Source: Octopus bimaculoides (lineage: Eukaryota). Taken from it: a stretch of DNA of 64,000 bases. A program made the translations under genes and the position numbers. The notes beneath the pieces were generated by a model. The model was given only the letters and a program-made list of their open reading frames with translations, was not told the DNA's origin and made no database searches. The DNA is taken from contig NC_068991.1 of the NCBI RefSeq assembly GCF_001194135.2, positions 42,924,708-42,988,707 of the forward strand, read 5' to 3'. Positions 11,065-24,393 of the stretch are shown here, one piece after another (within the stretch, counting starts at the first letter, position 1; each line of letters opens with the position of its first letter).

Positions 11065-12495
11065 TCATCATTTAACATCTGTTGTCCATGCTGGACAGTT
11101 TGACCAAAACTGGCATGTTGGGGAGCTGCGCCAGGCCCCAGTCTGATTTGGCATGGTTTGTATGGCTGGATACCCATCCTAACACCAACCACTTTACAGT
11201 GTTCTGGGTGCTTTTACATGGCACAGCACAGGTGCTTTTATGTGGCAACTGTACAGGTCTCTTGTAGGCCAATCCTCTCTAATCTGCTCTAACCTACACA
11301 TGTCTACATTCAGAGCCAACATCTCACTACCATATAGAATTGCTGTCCATGTACATGCATCATACAAGCTTCCTTTCACTCAAAGAGAGAAACCTTTCAT
11401 AGCCAACATAGGTAACAACTCTCTGAATTTCCTCCATCCTATTCTTATTCAAGCTATCACACTCTCTGTGCATCCTCCCCCACTACTAATTTGGTCCCTT
11501 AGGTAACAAATTATCTACTACCTCTAATGAGCCACCAGGACATTTGAGAGAATCAATTTCCTGAGTTTCTATAGGTTTCATGGATCCTGTGCATCTTCCA
11601 CATACAAACACTACCTTCTCTGATAACCTTCCTATTAATCCACTGCACCTCTTGTGTATCTATATCTTACACTAGCTACACTGTAAGGAGTTTCTGTCTA
11701 CACCTTTCCTACAAATTGAATAGGGCCACCTTCCTGAAAGGGGTAGGGTCCTGTCTGTTTTCTTGCTAACTGAGACTTTAGTATTTGCTAAGTTAACCTT
11801 AAGACCTTTAGATACCAGATTTTGCTTCCACATCTGGAATTTCTCTTCTAGCTCTGATATGGAATCAGCTATGAGGGCAAGATCATCAGCATATGTTAGT
11901 TCCCAGGGGCTTCTGGTCTTGAATTCCTGTTATGGCCTGGAGGACACTGAGGACTGAGCCTTGATAAACACCTGCCTGTACACTAAATTCTTTGCTGTGC
12001 TCGTGGTTAATTCTCACCCTACTAACAGTGTCTCTGTACATGGCCTGAACAATTTTGACCAGTCACTCGTCTATCCCTAGCCTCCTCAGAGCCCACCATA
12101 TCATACAGCAGGGTACTCTATTGAAGGCTTTCTCTAGATCAATGAATGCCAAGTTTAATGGTTTATTCTTAGCTAAATCCTTCTCTTTTAGTTATCTATG
12201 AAAATAGTGTCAGTAGTGCTTCTTCCCTGGATGTAGCCAAACTGCATTTTGTCTGCTCCTAATTAGTTGGGCTATAACTTTTCCATAATTCTCATCACCT
12301 GGTCCAGGAGTTTGATGTCTCTATAATTGTTTCTATTTAAAACCTCACCTTTACCCTTGTAGCAGCTAACAAAAATGCTGCTTCACCAGTCACTGGGTAT
12401 TACACTTTCCTGTATGAACTGATTAACTATGTGTGTGATTATCCTGTATCCTACATTACTGGATATTTTGAGCATCTCTGTTGTGACTCTTGATG
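11065..12495 (-). mobile_element. Older RTE-clade LINE RT fragment
   Basis: Minus strand gives EFKTRSPWELTYADDLALIADSISELEEKFQMWKQNLVSKGLKVNLAK and GSLYDACTWTAILYGSE, heavily decayed. Confidence 0.8.
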
Positions 12496-12499
12496 GACC

Positions 12500-12723
12500 A
12501 ACACTTTAAGCATTTAATTCAGCCATATCTGACTCAAATATTCTTCTTGTTTTATGTTCAAACTGGCCAGATCTGACCTCTCACACTTACCTTACAACAC
12601 CTTTCTAAAAAATAATCACATCATTGAAATCTCAAAGTTATGAGATATTGTATGATTAATTTGAAACAGTGTGAATATATAAGCATTACATTCATCAAAG
12701 TAATCTGATTACTAAAAGTTTAA
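12500..12723. mobile_element. piggyBac-type MITE, decayed copy
   Basis: Internal sequence matches 14123-14343 (gcatttaa..agccatatc..gttcaaactggccagatctgacctctcacac..); termini eroded. Confidence 0.6.
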
Positions 12724-12825
12724 AGGTGTGTTGAACAGGGGTAGTAAACCTTTGATTATATGGTCATAAGTTCAAGCTTTGCTACAATCATTATGTTGTG
12801 TTCTCACTGTTTGTTTCAGTTTACT

Positions 12826-13213
12826 TATTGTTGTTGGCACTTCGTTGCTTACGACGTCGAGGGTTCCAGTGATCCGATCAATGGAACAGCCTGCTCATGA
12901 AATTAACGTGCAAGTGGCTGAGCACTCCACATACACGTGTACCCTTAATGTAGTTCTTGGGGATATTCAGCATGACACAGTGTGACAAGGCTGACCCTTT
13001 GAATTACAGGCACAACCGAAACAGGAAGTAAGAGTGAGAGAAAGTTGTGGTGAAAGAGTACAGCAGGGTTTGCCACCATCCCCTGCCGGAGCCTCGTGGA
13101 GCTTTTAGGTGTTTTCGCTCAATAAACACTCACAATGCCTGGTCTGGGAATCGAAACCGCGATCCTATGACTGCGAGTCCGCTGCCCCAACCACTGGGCC
13201 ATTGCGCCTCCAC
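12826..13213 (-). mobile_element. tRNA-derived SINE, near full length
   Basis: Minus strand starts GTGGAGGCGCAATGGCCCAGTGG (A box at 13191-13201) with B box GGTTTCGATTCCC (13146-13158) and ends ...GTGCCAACAACAA. A decayed copy of the same body lies at about 63520-63760 (+). Confidence 0.85.
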
Positions 13214-14122
13214 AACTGGAGGCGCAGGTTACTTAAATGAATGCTATATACCATTCTCATTTGGGATATTTCAATCTGATTTCTGTACTCTTTAATAGGT
13301 AGTACTAGCATCAGTCTGAGTTGGGTACTAGTTTGTCAAGTGTTTTCTTATATTTCAGCTTGGTGATTTGAAATAGTTCTTTTTCATGGGCCAATGTTTT
13401 AATGTTCATTTTTCCTTGCTTGCAATAGTTGGATATTTATTGAGTTTATTGAGGCATGTTTTATGCCCTTCTTGTTGCCAACCCTCACCTATTTCCAAGG
13501 AAGGTAATATTTTCCTATGGCCAAATACATTTTCACAGAATGTTGGAAATGGACACAATTTACAACAATCACGCAAGGAGACACAAACACGTTTTTGTTA
13601 ACCACATTCTCATGCCTGCACCTATATGCTGCCAAACATTAACTGAAATGTTTCAAACATTAGTAATTGAAACTTGCAAAATTCTGAACCAGCTAATCTA
13701 CCTGATTAACTATGCTGTTACATTATTGTTTTTATTTGCTTTTTTTTTTTTTCCTTCTATCATGAAATTTTATTGGATTTACTACACACGTTTGCTATCA
13801 CCATTTTAATGTTATACAAATCAAGTTAGTTTAAATGAAAATTCTAAACTAATGACAAACAAATCATTACCCTGAGGAAACATAGGAGCATAGTATACTG
13901 TATTCATTTAGCACACTTAAATTCTTATCAGATATTTATTTTATTTGTTAACTTGGGTACCTAGTTCCTTTACTTTGTTATAAATTCTTTGACAGTCTAT
14001 TTCAATATTGTTTTAAATTATACCCATCACATAAAAATATTCTTTATATTTATTTGTGATTGATTATTGAATAAAATATTTTGCTGTTTTTCCCATCAGT
14101 AAAACCTAGATTTTTTTAATTC

Positions 14123-14343
14123 TTATCCCTTTAGCATTCAAACCAACCATATCAGGCCTAAATATCCTGTTTTATGTTCAAACTGACCAGATTAGGCCCC
14201 TCACACCTACCCTACAATGTCATTCTAAACATTAAAACATCATCAAATTTTCAAAGCTACAAGATAAAAGTATGATTAATTCAAAGCAATATAAATAAAT
14301 AAGTATTACATCTGACAGAGGAATCTGAATACTAAAGGGTTAA
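14123..14343. mobile_element. piggyBac-type MITE (about 220 bp)
   Basis: TTAT-CCCTTTAGCATT ... AATACTAAAGGG-TTAA termini. Confidence 0.8.
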
Positions 14344-16019
14344 ATAAATGTCAATTGTTCTCTAATGTAGTTGTAATCTATTGCATTGGGAGCATGCTCA
14401 ATACTGAGGAGATCTGAGGTATTTTAGCTCTTAGTCTGATTGTACCAGGACTCTTTGAGATTTTTAGCTGCACTTTATATATTTTAAAATTTGTGATGAT
14501 ACACATAACTCACTCTCTCTCTCTCTCTCTCTCTTATTTGGTCAATTTTCTTTACTATTTTCACTTGACTTCAAATGCTGTAAAAAAAATCTACTCACTA
14601 GGTCAATTCAATTTTAACTTTTTTGTTTCTTTTTTAAGTATTTGTGTGCATGTGTATGATTACAAATATAATCTTAGATTATATTGGTTGCAACTCCTAA
14701 TTTACTAGGCTTAGCTATCTATCTGTGTAGATATTTTGGTTTTCTCTGTAACATTTAGTGGATTCTAATTACTCATTCTTTTGTTTCAAACATAACTAAT
14801 CCAACTAAAAGCTGACTTGAGAATTTTTTCCATTTTTTCTTTTTCTTTTTTTTTTTTTCCTGTCCCAGCTTAAACCACATCAGATTCTTTTTCTTCCTTG
14901 TTCTGTGTGTATAGTGGGATCCACTTTTATATTGGTTTTAAGATATATTTATAAAATCTCCAGACAGACTATACTTATAAGCAGCTCTTATGTTTGTTAA
15001 ACATTTTAATGGCATTTGACACTCTCCCCACCTCTCTCACATCTCTTTCTCAGCCATGATCTCTTTCTGTTGGATAGCTGGAGTAGTAGTGTCCTTTCAA
15101 CTTACTGATATCCTGGATTGGTGCAATCATGTTGGTTGATATTCAGGGAAAATATGAGCAGCAAAAATTCCAGGCAGTAGCAGCTCTAAAGGTTTTAGAA
15201 ATGTAATCATTGTAAGAACCAAGGATTGAGATACAGCAGGAATGATAAAAGGAGATTCATTTTTGAGTGGTGGGACATGCAGATAGCTAGGTCTCAAGCT
15301 AAGGCCATTGTGGGGGTTGAGGGAAAAAAAAGGGCAGAAAGGAAATAGCACACATGCATGTGTGTATGTGTGTGTGTGTGTGTGTGTGTACACAGAGAAG
15401 ATATAGTGTACAATTTGTCAACCAAATAGCACATTTATAGGCCAGATTTATTCCCATACTGCATCATTTTTCTCTGTTTCCCTAAATTTTAATTAATCTG
15501 TTTTATACATGTTGTCACAGTTGCCTGCTTATAGAGTTTAGATATCCCCAGAGCGAGTGTTTTCTTTTTCCTTCCCTACTAATTGTGTGGATAAATCTCA
15601 GTTACTTTTTCAACTCACCCTATTAAATATGTGGAACACTTCTGTATTTATAGTAAAGGACACTTGCCAAGGCATAATGCTGTGGGATTAAACCTGGAAT
15701 CTTGGAGTTGTGAACTTAAATCACATGTCTACACTTGTTGACTTTTTTGCTCTTAAGAAAAACTATTTACTTAAAATTTAACGACTTCATAAATTAGAAA
15801 ATATGTATATCGGTTTAAAATTTCTATTGAAAATCAATGATAAAATAACATATCAGTGAATTAATTCTAAGCTAAAATATTTCCTAAAAAAAAATTATAA
15901 TTTATAAAATATGAACAATTATTGCACAAATTTTTGGAACTATGTATTGGAGGGAAAAGCACAAAGATCTATGTTGTTCCAGGCAAAATATATTATGAAA
16001 AATATGAACTCAGAAAAAT

Positions 16020-16244
16020 TTAACCCTTTAGCATTCAGATTATGCTGTCAAATGTAATGCTTATTTATTCACATTATTTTGAATTAATCCTGCATTATCT
16101 TGTAGCCTTGAGATCTCAATGGTATGATTGTTTATTTTTAGAATATTGTAAGGTGGGTGCAAGTGGTCATATCTGGCTGGTTTGAACATAAAACAGGTAG
16201 AATATTTGGGTTGGATAGGATCACATTAAATGCTAAAGGGTTAA
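16020..16244. mobile_element. piggyBac-type MITE (about 220 bp), orientation opposite to 14123-14343
   Basis: Perfect TTAA flanks and 12-bp TIRs CCCTTTAGCATT (16024-16035) / AATGCTAAAGGG (16229-16240). Confidence 0.9.
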
Positions 16245-17184
16245 ACAATATATAGTAACAAAATTATTACTGTTGCAGTGTTATTAGTTGTATTAGTGGG
16301 TTATTGAAATAAGATTTTCAGAAGTATATCTGCAGAAACTAAGTACATTTCATTCTTTTGATCTTACCATTTCAGTATTACATTTTACTTCTGAATTGTT
16401 TCAATGTATTAGTCAGATAATATGCAACCTCAAGCAATACAATCTTACAGGCACACTTTTGAAATATAATATAAATGTTTCATCTATTATGACTATCATA
16501 GAAAAATGTAATGTTATTATAGTGATTTTAAACTCTTCATTACACATCAGTTAGCTCAAACAATGACCACACATTTACAAACAGAAAATGGGTAAAATTA
16601 GGTTTTGTATATGGTGTGCATTACCAAATGAATAAATGTAGTTGTTGTGCAGTAGTGTCTAGAAAATGGTAGGAGGATGTGAGTGTAGTATTTTGTGGAT
16701 GTGTCAGAAGGTCATATAATGAGGGTAAGAAGACAGGTCCCTGAGTTAATCCATCTAAAAATTTGAAGTTTCTGAAAGTGTTTTGTATACTACATAGGCT
16801 TGGTAACCTGACAGGTTTTGTGTTGCTTCTTGAAAATGTTGAGAATTTTTCAGTGAATAGTAGGGAATATAGTTGAAAACATTGATGTAGTTAAAACCAT
16901 ACATCCTGGTGGTTTTTGTTGTTGAAACCATCATATATTTTCATTTTTTGATTTGTAAATCATTGTAGTGGTTGAGGGCTGGATCAGTATTGGGATTTGC
17001 AAGAGTAGGAAGGGTGTACAAAAGAGAGTGATAGATATTTTGTAATCCAGATATTAAGTGTGTCATTTTCTGTGATATTGTCTCCTTTGTTGTGGTGTTT
17101 GTTTGGTGTTGTGCATATATTGGGGGTTTTATCGTGACATAGGTAGAGTGTGAGCATTATTGTCGATGCTACTAATTCTCTATA

Positions 17185-18071
17185 TGAGATGGTATTAAAA
17201 GGTTCCAGGACTAGTTATGTTTAATAAAAAATAACTTATTTACCTAAGTTTTAATATCATCTCCTTTGAAATAGTCACCTTGCACAGCAATACACCAGTC
17301 CTAATGTTCCTGCCACCTTTGGAATCTGACCTGGAAGTCGTTTTCTGTAAGTGAGTTGAGGACCTTTTGTGATTCACTCTGGATCGTGACAATAATGTTA
17401 AAACGGTGACCTTTGAACTGTATTTTCATCTTGAGGAAGAGGTAGAAGTCTTTAGGTGCTAGATCTGGTGAATAGGGCAGGTATAGAAGCAGTACCATGA
17501 TACCATGTTTTTGGTGAGGAACTCACAAGTGAGGAGAGCTCAGTGAAGAGTCCAATTCTTTGCACTCCACAGACCCAGTCACTCTCACTGAATGTCCTCC
17601 CTCAAATGCTTAAAAACATCACAGTAGAACTCTCATTTGACAGTCTGGCCCTGAGGGACAAATTCTGGATGCAGAATATCACATTTCTGGGGACGATGCT
17701 TGTAACAGGTCTTCCCGATCGCTCATTATCTTCCAGAGATGTTCTTCTGCTTTTGAAGCACCCATGCCACTTGAAACATTGCATATGACCCATTGCCTCA
17801 TTGCCGTAAGCTAGCCAAAGTATGCTCAAGGTCTATGTAACAGACTTTTCAAGTTTAACGCAAAATTTCACATTAGCTCTTTGTTCCTGCGCAGATTACA
17901 GCATGCACATGATCACAAAAACACAAATTTCATTACTTGTCAAGTAAACAGCAATGTTACTCAGCACACTGCCTTGTGAAAATCACTGCTAGCTCTCACT
18001 GCATGCAACTGTGTGCTGCCATCTGTTGGTGCACTACAGAATTAGTCCAGAAACTTTTTGATACCACCTCG
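17185..18071 (-). mobile_element. Internally deleted mariner (irritans/Hsmar2-like TIR), 887 bp
   Basis: TA-flanked TIRs TGAGATGGTATTAAAAGGTTCCAGGACTAGTT and (reverse complement) CGAGGTGGTATCAAAAAGTTTCTGGACTAATT. Minus-strand remnants AYGNEAMGHMQCFKWHGCFKSRRTSLEDNERSGRP (HTH) and LPYSPDLAPKDFYLFLKMK...RFQRWQEH; the WVPHEL/first-Asp region is absent. Confidence 0.9.
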
Positions 18072-18863
18072 TACAGTGTTTTACAGTTAGTTTTGTGGTT
18101 TATGTTGGACTCTGTTTGCTAGTTTTCTTGTTGAATGTACCTAATGCAGTGTTTATGTTGATGATATGATGTTATTGAATTTTGAAAAACCTTGATTTCT
18201 ATTTTTTGATAGATCACATTCCATTGTACTTTTTAAAAAAGTTTGTATAAGTGTATTATGATGATAAATAGATGGTATGGGGATTGGTGTGCCAAGTGGG
18301 TGTAGTCAGTAGGTGTGTGGCTCAGGAGATATCTACGGAAAAGTTACTGCAGTTGCCTCATTGAGGTGTGTATGTCAGTGTGGATTGTTTAGAATGTAGA
18401 GGGAGTTTGTTCTTTTGTGATTAGTATTATTTGAAAACCTGGAGGTATTAAGTACATTGAAGTCTCTCTCTCAATGATACTGTATGTGCAAGCGTTAGTG
18501 CTCCAGTAGGAGTGTATAACCTAGTGGGACACTTGGTGAGGCTGATGGTATTTCTGTCATAAGACCACTTCTGGTTTAAAAGAGCCTGTCCTGTCCTATA
18601 TAATTTCAAAAACTCAATGTTTTGGTAGCAGCAATGTTTCCTGAGGTGCTACCTGAATGTCATGATGATAAAATCTTTTGGTGTCAAAAAGGTATTCTTA
18701 ATATTTTAGTGTTGTATTGCAGATGTTTTTAGGGGTTTTTTTTTTTGTTTTTTCTCACGTTTGTGTGCAAAGCATTCATTTTTAAATGCACTTTATGTGA
18801 ACCTGTGACATTTGCAAAGGAGATAACAAAGGTATTTTTTTGTTTTTAATCTATGTTGTTATT

Positions 18864-19285
18864 GGTGCAGGCATGGCTGTGTGGATAAGAAGTTTGCTTC
18901 TCAACTTCATGGTTTCAGATTCACTGCAGAACATCTTGGGCAAGTGTCTTCAACTATAGCCTCGGGCTGACCAAAACCTTGTGGGTTTGGTAGACAGAAA
19001 CTGAAAGAAGTCCGTCGTGTGTGTGTTTGCACGTGCGCACAATTGTTGGTGTCTCCTCTTGACATCACACGAGAGTTGTAAATGGTGTTACTGTCATACA
19101 AACAGTATCATTCATTTCCAATATTCTTCAAAAACATATCTAGCCATGAACAAATATCACCTTACTTGGAAACAGGTGAGGGTTAGCAATAAGAAGGGCA
19201 CTTAGCCATAGAATAATCTGCCTCAATTTAGTCCATCTGACCCATGCAAACATGGAAAAGTGGATGTCAAAATGATGATGATGAT
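18864..19285 (+). mobile_element. tRNA-derived SINE with RTE-like 3' tail
   Basis: Head GGTGCAGGCATGGCTGTGTGG.., body ..ccaaaaccttgtg..ggtagacagaaactgaaagaag.., internal (GT)n, tail aagaagggca..ccatgcaaacatggaaaagtggatgtcaaaatGATGATGAT resembling the RTE tail. Confidence 0.75.
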
Positions 19286-19652
19286 TTTGCTGTCAATGTT
19301 GTTGTTATCCTGCTGTAAATTTGTTTATTTTTCTGGATTATTTGTAAATGTGGGTGTTTGGTGGTAGTATATGGTAGACTTTGTAAGAAACTTCCATTTA
19401 CAGATGCTTTAAAGCCATTTCAGAGAAATTCATAGCCACTGTAGTTCTCTGAATGCATTTGTACAAGCTATAAATATTTGTGTACTAAGTATGTCATTTG
19501 ACTGGTCTTCTAGTTACAACCATCTCGTCTTTTCTGTCATAGTATATTCAATATTAGTCTGTCTTGTATATTTAGCTATTTTGAAAACAGTAGGTTAGTA
19601 TCAATTTCTTGCCGTTCAAATGACCACTTGAAGATTTTTTCATTAGTTTATG

Positions 19653-21120
19653 TCATCATCATCATCATTGTTTAACATCTGCTTTCCATGCTAGCATGGG
19701 TTGGACAATTTGACTGAGGACTGGTGGACCAGGTGGCTACACCAGGCTCCAATCTAATTTGGCAGAGTTTCTACAGCTGGATGCCCTTCCTAACGCCAAC
19801 CACTCCGAGAGTGTAGTGGGTGCTTTTACGTGCCACTGGCATGAGGGTCAGTCAGGCGGTACTGGCAACAGCCAAGCTTGAAATGGTGTATTTTACGTGC
19901 CACCTGCACAGGAGCCAGTTCAGCGGCACTGGCAACGATCTAGCTCGAATGTCTTTTCACATGCCACTGATACAAGTGCCAGGAAGGCAACGTTGGTAAC
20001 GATCACACTCAAATGGTGCTATTTACATGCCACCTGCACGGAAGCCAGACAGCTGATGCTCTGGCAACGATCACGCTCCGACGGTGCTCTTAGTGCTCCA
20101 CTGGTACAGGTGCCATCACTATTTCGCTTTCACTTGCCCCAACAGGTCTTCGCAAGCCGAGTTTAGTGTTCAATGAAAGAGACGTTGGCATGGGTACCAG
20201 TCCACAAATTTAGTTTGATTTTGATTTCACTTGCCTCAACAGGTCTTCGCAAGCGGAGTTTAGTGTCCAATGAAGGAATGTTACATGTAAGTGGGCTGAC
20301 TACATCCCTGGCAGAGGCCTTGGATTTTGGTCTCACTTGGCTTGCCAGGTCTTCTCACGCATAGCATATTTCCAAAGGTCTCAATCACAAGTCATTGCCT
20401 CAGTGAGGCCTAATNNNNNNNNNNNNNNNNNNNNNNNNNNNNNNNNNNNNNNNNNNNNNNNNNNNNNNNNNNNNNNNNNNNNNNNNNNNNNNNNNNNNNN
20501 NNNNNNNNNNNNNNNNNNNNNNNNNNNNNNNNNNNNNNNNNNNNNNNNNNNNNNNNNNNNNNNNCTCTCTTGCACCCCACAACTGATGCTTCTTAGGTTC
20601 AACTTTTCTCTCAAGATACTTACACTCTGTCGGGTGTGCACACTGACATTACTCATCCATTGGAGCATACTGGCTTCATTCCTTGTGAGCTTACGCATGT
20701 CCTCAGCAGTCACGACCCATGTTTCACTGCCATGTAGCATGGCTGTTCGTACACATGCGTCATACAGTCTGCTTTTTACTCTGAGTGAGAGGCCCTTTGT
20801 CGCCAGCAGAGGTAAGAGCTCTCTGAACTTTGCCCAGGCTATTTTTATTCTAGCAGCTACACTTTCAGCACACCCTCCCCCACTACTAACTTGGTCACCC
20901 AGATAGCGGAAGCTGTCAACTACATCTAGTTTTTCTCCCTGGAATGTGACAGAGGTTGTTTTCTGCGCATTTTCAGTGTTTATTGTACCTGAACATCTGC
21001 CACATACAAAAACTAACTTCCTAGTTAACCTGCCTTTCATATTGCTGCACCTCTCACGTGTCCATAGCTTGCACTGGGTACATCTTATAGCGTTTCTACC
21101 TACACCTTTTCACCAATCTA
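19653..21120 (-). mobile_element. RTE-clade LINE, 3' portion (contains a gap)
   Basis: ORF 20381-21040: VDSFRYLGDQVSSGGGCAESVAARIKIAWAKFRELLPLLATKGLSLRVKSRLYDACVRTAMLHGSETW; 3' UTR and (GAT)n tail at 19653. Confidence 0.9.
20415..20564. other. Assembly gap (N run)
   Basis: Inside an RTE copy. Confidence 1.
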
Positions 21121-21739
21121 AATGTTGCATTGAGCTGGAAGTCTTTACGTCAAAAGGTAATTTAGCCAAGTACAAAACTGAAATATGTATAATCAAGTAA
21201 TACACTTGAAGGTAGTGCCCCAGCATTGCTGCAACTCAGCTAGTAATACAACAAAATCTCCTTGTCAGATAATGAATTTTTAAATAAAAATTATAAAATT
21301 TACATAAACATGTCAATGAGCCTAACAAGAAGTCAACAGTTGGTTGAACTCAAAATCATTCATCATTATCATTACATTTAATTTTTTCCTGCTGGCATCA
21401 CTTGAATAAGCCAGCTGGATGCACTACCTGTCACCAACCCTAACCTGTTTTTCATGCAAGACACTTTTGTTCCACTGGCCTATATAAACCCAACATTGTC
21501 ACTGAAGTGCTGTCAAGTGAAGACATACAGAAAGTAAATATTCAAATAAACACGTACACGCCCATTCATTCATTTATTTGCTACCCATTATTTTCTATGC
21601 TATCTTGGGTTGGATGGAGACACCTTCAGACTGACCAATGCCTTGTGAGTGAATTTGATAAATAGAAACTGCATGGAAACCTCTTCCTGAATTATTTTAA
21701 TTTAATGTTTTTAATTTTCCCTAAATTATAATTAAATTA

Positions 21740-22480
21740 GAGATATTCATTTGACAATCCAATAATTTATTTATATTACAATATTACATTAAATACTATG
21801 AATGTAATATATATTACATAACATAATATCATATAACATAAATAATTATAAAAACCATAAAAGGCCAACAAATTGTTTCGATTTTTATATATTTTTTCTG
21901 ATATACATAATCACAGTTCCATTATATATATAGTCACTTCAGGGTCTTGGCTTTAGAAAAAGACGAAATTCCATGTGAAAGGATGGCTGAATTGTAAAAA
22001 TTAATTCAAATGTCTGTGTTATGAGCGTGAGCGTTAACTATTCAATCATACATCAATTACAATTAAAAAACAACAAAAACATTGTAACGGATGATACAAT
22101 CAAGTAAGTGCAATCAACAATCATCAAAATTTACTTCATTACATTTCAAACACATACCAATTGAAACCCTTACATGTCCAAGGTAGTCGCTTGTCATCAT
22201 AACATACAACAATAAAATTTTTACAATCCAGCCGTCCTTTCACACGGAATTTCATCTTTTTCTAAAGCCAAGACCCTGAAGTGACTATATATATATATAA
22301 TGGAACTGTGATTATGTATATCAGAAAAAATATATATAAGTCGAAACAATTTGTTGGCCTTTTATGGTTTTTATAATTATTTATGTTATATAATATTATG
22401 TTATGCTATATATTATATTCATAGTATTTAATGTAATATTGTAATATAAATAGATTATTGGATTGTCAATTGAATATTTC
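21740..22480. mobile_element. Foldback/MITE-like element with about 263-bp inverted arms
   Basis: Arm 21740-22002 is the reverse complement of 22216-22480 with few differences (e.g. cagttccattatatatatagtcacttcagggtcttggctttagaaaa versus ttttctaaagccaagaccctgaagtgactatatatatatataatggaactg). Spacer 213 bp; TA on both sides (21738-21739, 22481-22482). Confidence 0.85.
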
Positions 22481-22950
22481 TATATTTAACTTATCTTTAT
22501 AATTGAATTATACCAATATTTATATGGTATCCAACTGAAGTACCAGTGAATTGGATGTTTAACACACCTCTTTGAAGGATTTTTTTCCCTCAGATTGTTA
22601 CTTTAAGGTATAATTAAGATTATAATTTTTTTTTACTATTTTATATTTTAAAATGTAATTTTTTTTAATATCTGCATCTACATTGTGCTTTAATTTGTTT
22701 GAGCTCCAACTGACATCAAGTGTTTTGAGGTATGTACATGGTGCCAGACTGGATTAAAGATAGGAATCTTTGATGACAATTAAAGATGAAGCCTAGCAAA
22801 ATATCATGTAGATATAAATATTTTAATGTTTCATCTCTAATGATCAAAGTAATTGTCAAAAACATTTTAATCATACATTTGCTGAATTACATAGTATAAT
22901 GCTTATGTTATAATTCCTGGATATATTTGAACTTGACTATGCACATTGTA

Positions 22951-23171
22951 CTATGCATTTAAATCAGCCATATCCAGCCTAAGTATTCTACTTATTTTAT
23001 GTTCACACTGATCACATCCAGTCTCTCACACCTATCTTACAAAGTGATTCTAAAAATAAACAGTCACATCATCAAAATCTTGAAGCTACAAGATAATGCA
23101 TTATTAATTCAAAACAATGTGAATATATATGCATTACATTTAACAGTGTAATCTGAATGCTAAAGGGTTAA
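22951..23171. mobile_element. piggyBac-type MITE copy
   Basis: Right end AATGCTAAAGGG-TTAA intact; body matches 14123-14343. Confidence 0.75.
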
Positions 23172-24290
23172 ATATGTAGTCTAGCTCCCTATTCTCTGTG
23201 TTGCTGTATTAATTCCTCCATACAAACATTAATACAAATAGTATTATACTGTACTTAGTGGTGCTATTGATCTTGTATATATTCTTATTATAATTATCGA
23301 ACATCCTGCAAACACCTCTGATCTATTCAAATTCTACACCAAATACTTGTTACCCTGTGATTTCTACTTAATGACCTCCCAGAATCAATTACAACAATCA
23401 CTATTCATTGATTTAAATTAAACTGTAGTTTGTTATTTTATAGCAGTATTGCTATGAAATAAGTTTATTTTATAGCAGCAGTCTTTCTGACATTTTAAAG
23501 CTGTTCATTATTTATATGAACAGATGAAACGTTTAAATAGAGATCAAAATTTTTAACTCCCTCAAAATAGATTTTTTTAAAAACTGACTTCTATCTATTT
23601 TGAAGGATTATGTCTTTCAAATTTAACTTAACATTATGTTCAACCAAAAAGGTCGTCATTATATATTGTAGCTAATAACTAGTGCCAACTATTCAACCTT
23701 TAACTATTTACTGTTTTACCACTTGCATCATCATCAGCTCTCTACTACTAAATTCACCAATATTACTATGTTTTATACTCATCAGTACATCCTAACTCTT
23801 TTGTCATATGACTGTTCCATTACAGCAGTAAAATGTGACCTCTATTTTGTTTGGCCTTACATCAAATGTTTTTTTTTTTTAATATATTAAACTTCTCATC
23901 TGAAGTTGATTTCACTTTGGAATTGGCACTCTCCTGCGTTGTACTTCTTAATAATCGTCAATTTTACATAATCACTACAGTGATCATCCACTCCATCCCT
24001 ACTGCTATTATCACTATATTTGACTAGTGGCTAATGAATAAACCTTCAACTCCAACTGTGTGTTCAGTTATGTAGGAGGATTTAGTTGAAAGTTGAAATG
24101 GTTAAGGAGTTAAGGTTTTAAATTTCTATCATTCTACCATTTTTTATCTTTTCATTTGTGACAGTAATCTCAATTGCCTTCTTTATAAAATTAATACATT
24201 AATAAAGAGACAATTGACTGCGGTTTGAAAATTTTTTATTCCTACCAAAGTCAGTTTAAGATTATTGCTACATGATTTTTACAATCTTGG

Positions 24291-24309
24291 AATAAATAAA
24301 TAAATAAAT

Positions 24310-24392
<83 letters not shown>
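24291..24392. repeat. (TAAA)n-(CA)~40 microsatellite
   Basis: Read directly from the sequence. Confidence 0.95.

Positions 24393-24393
<1 letters not shown>

Noticed and set aside
16560-18900. Decayed Penelope-like element around the mariner (also 39400-39800 and 47380-47700)
   Set aside because: Only strand-biased composition and isolated motifs such as YIGQ; I could not build a convincing alignment by eye.
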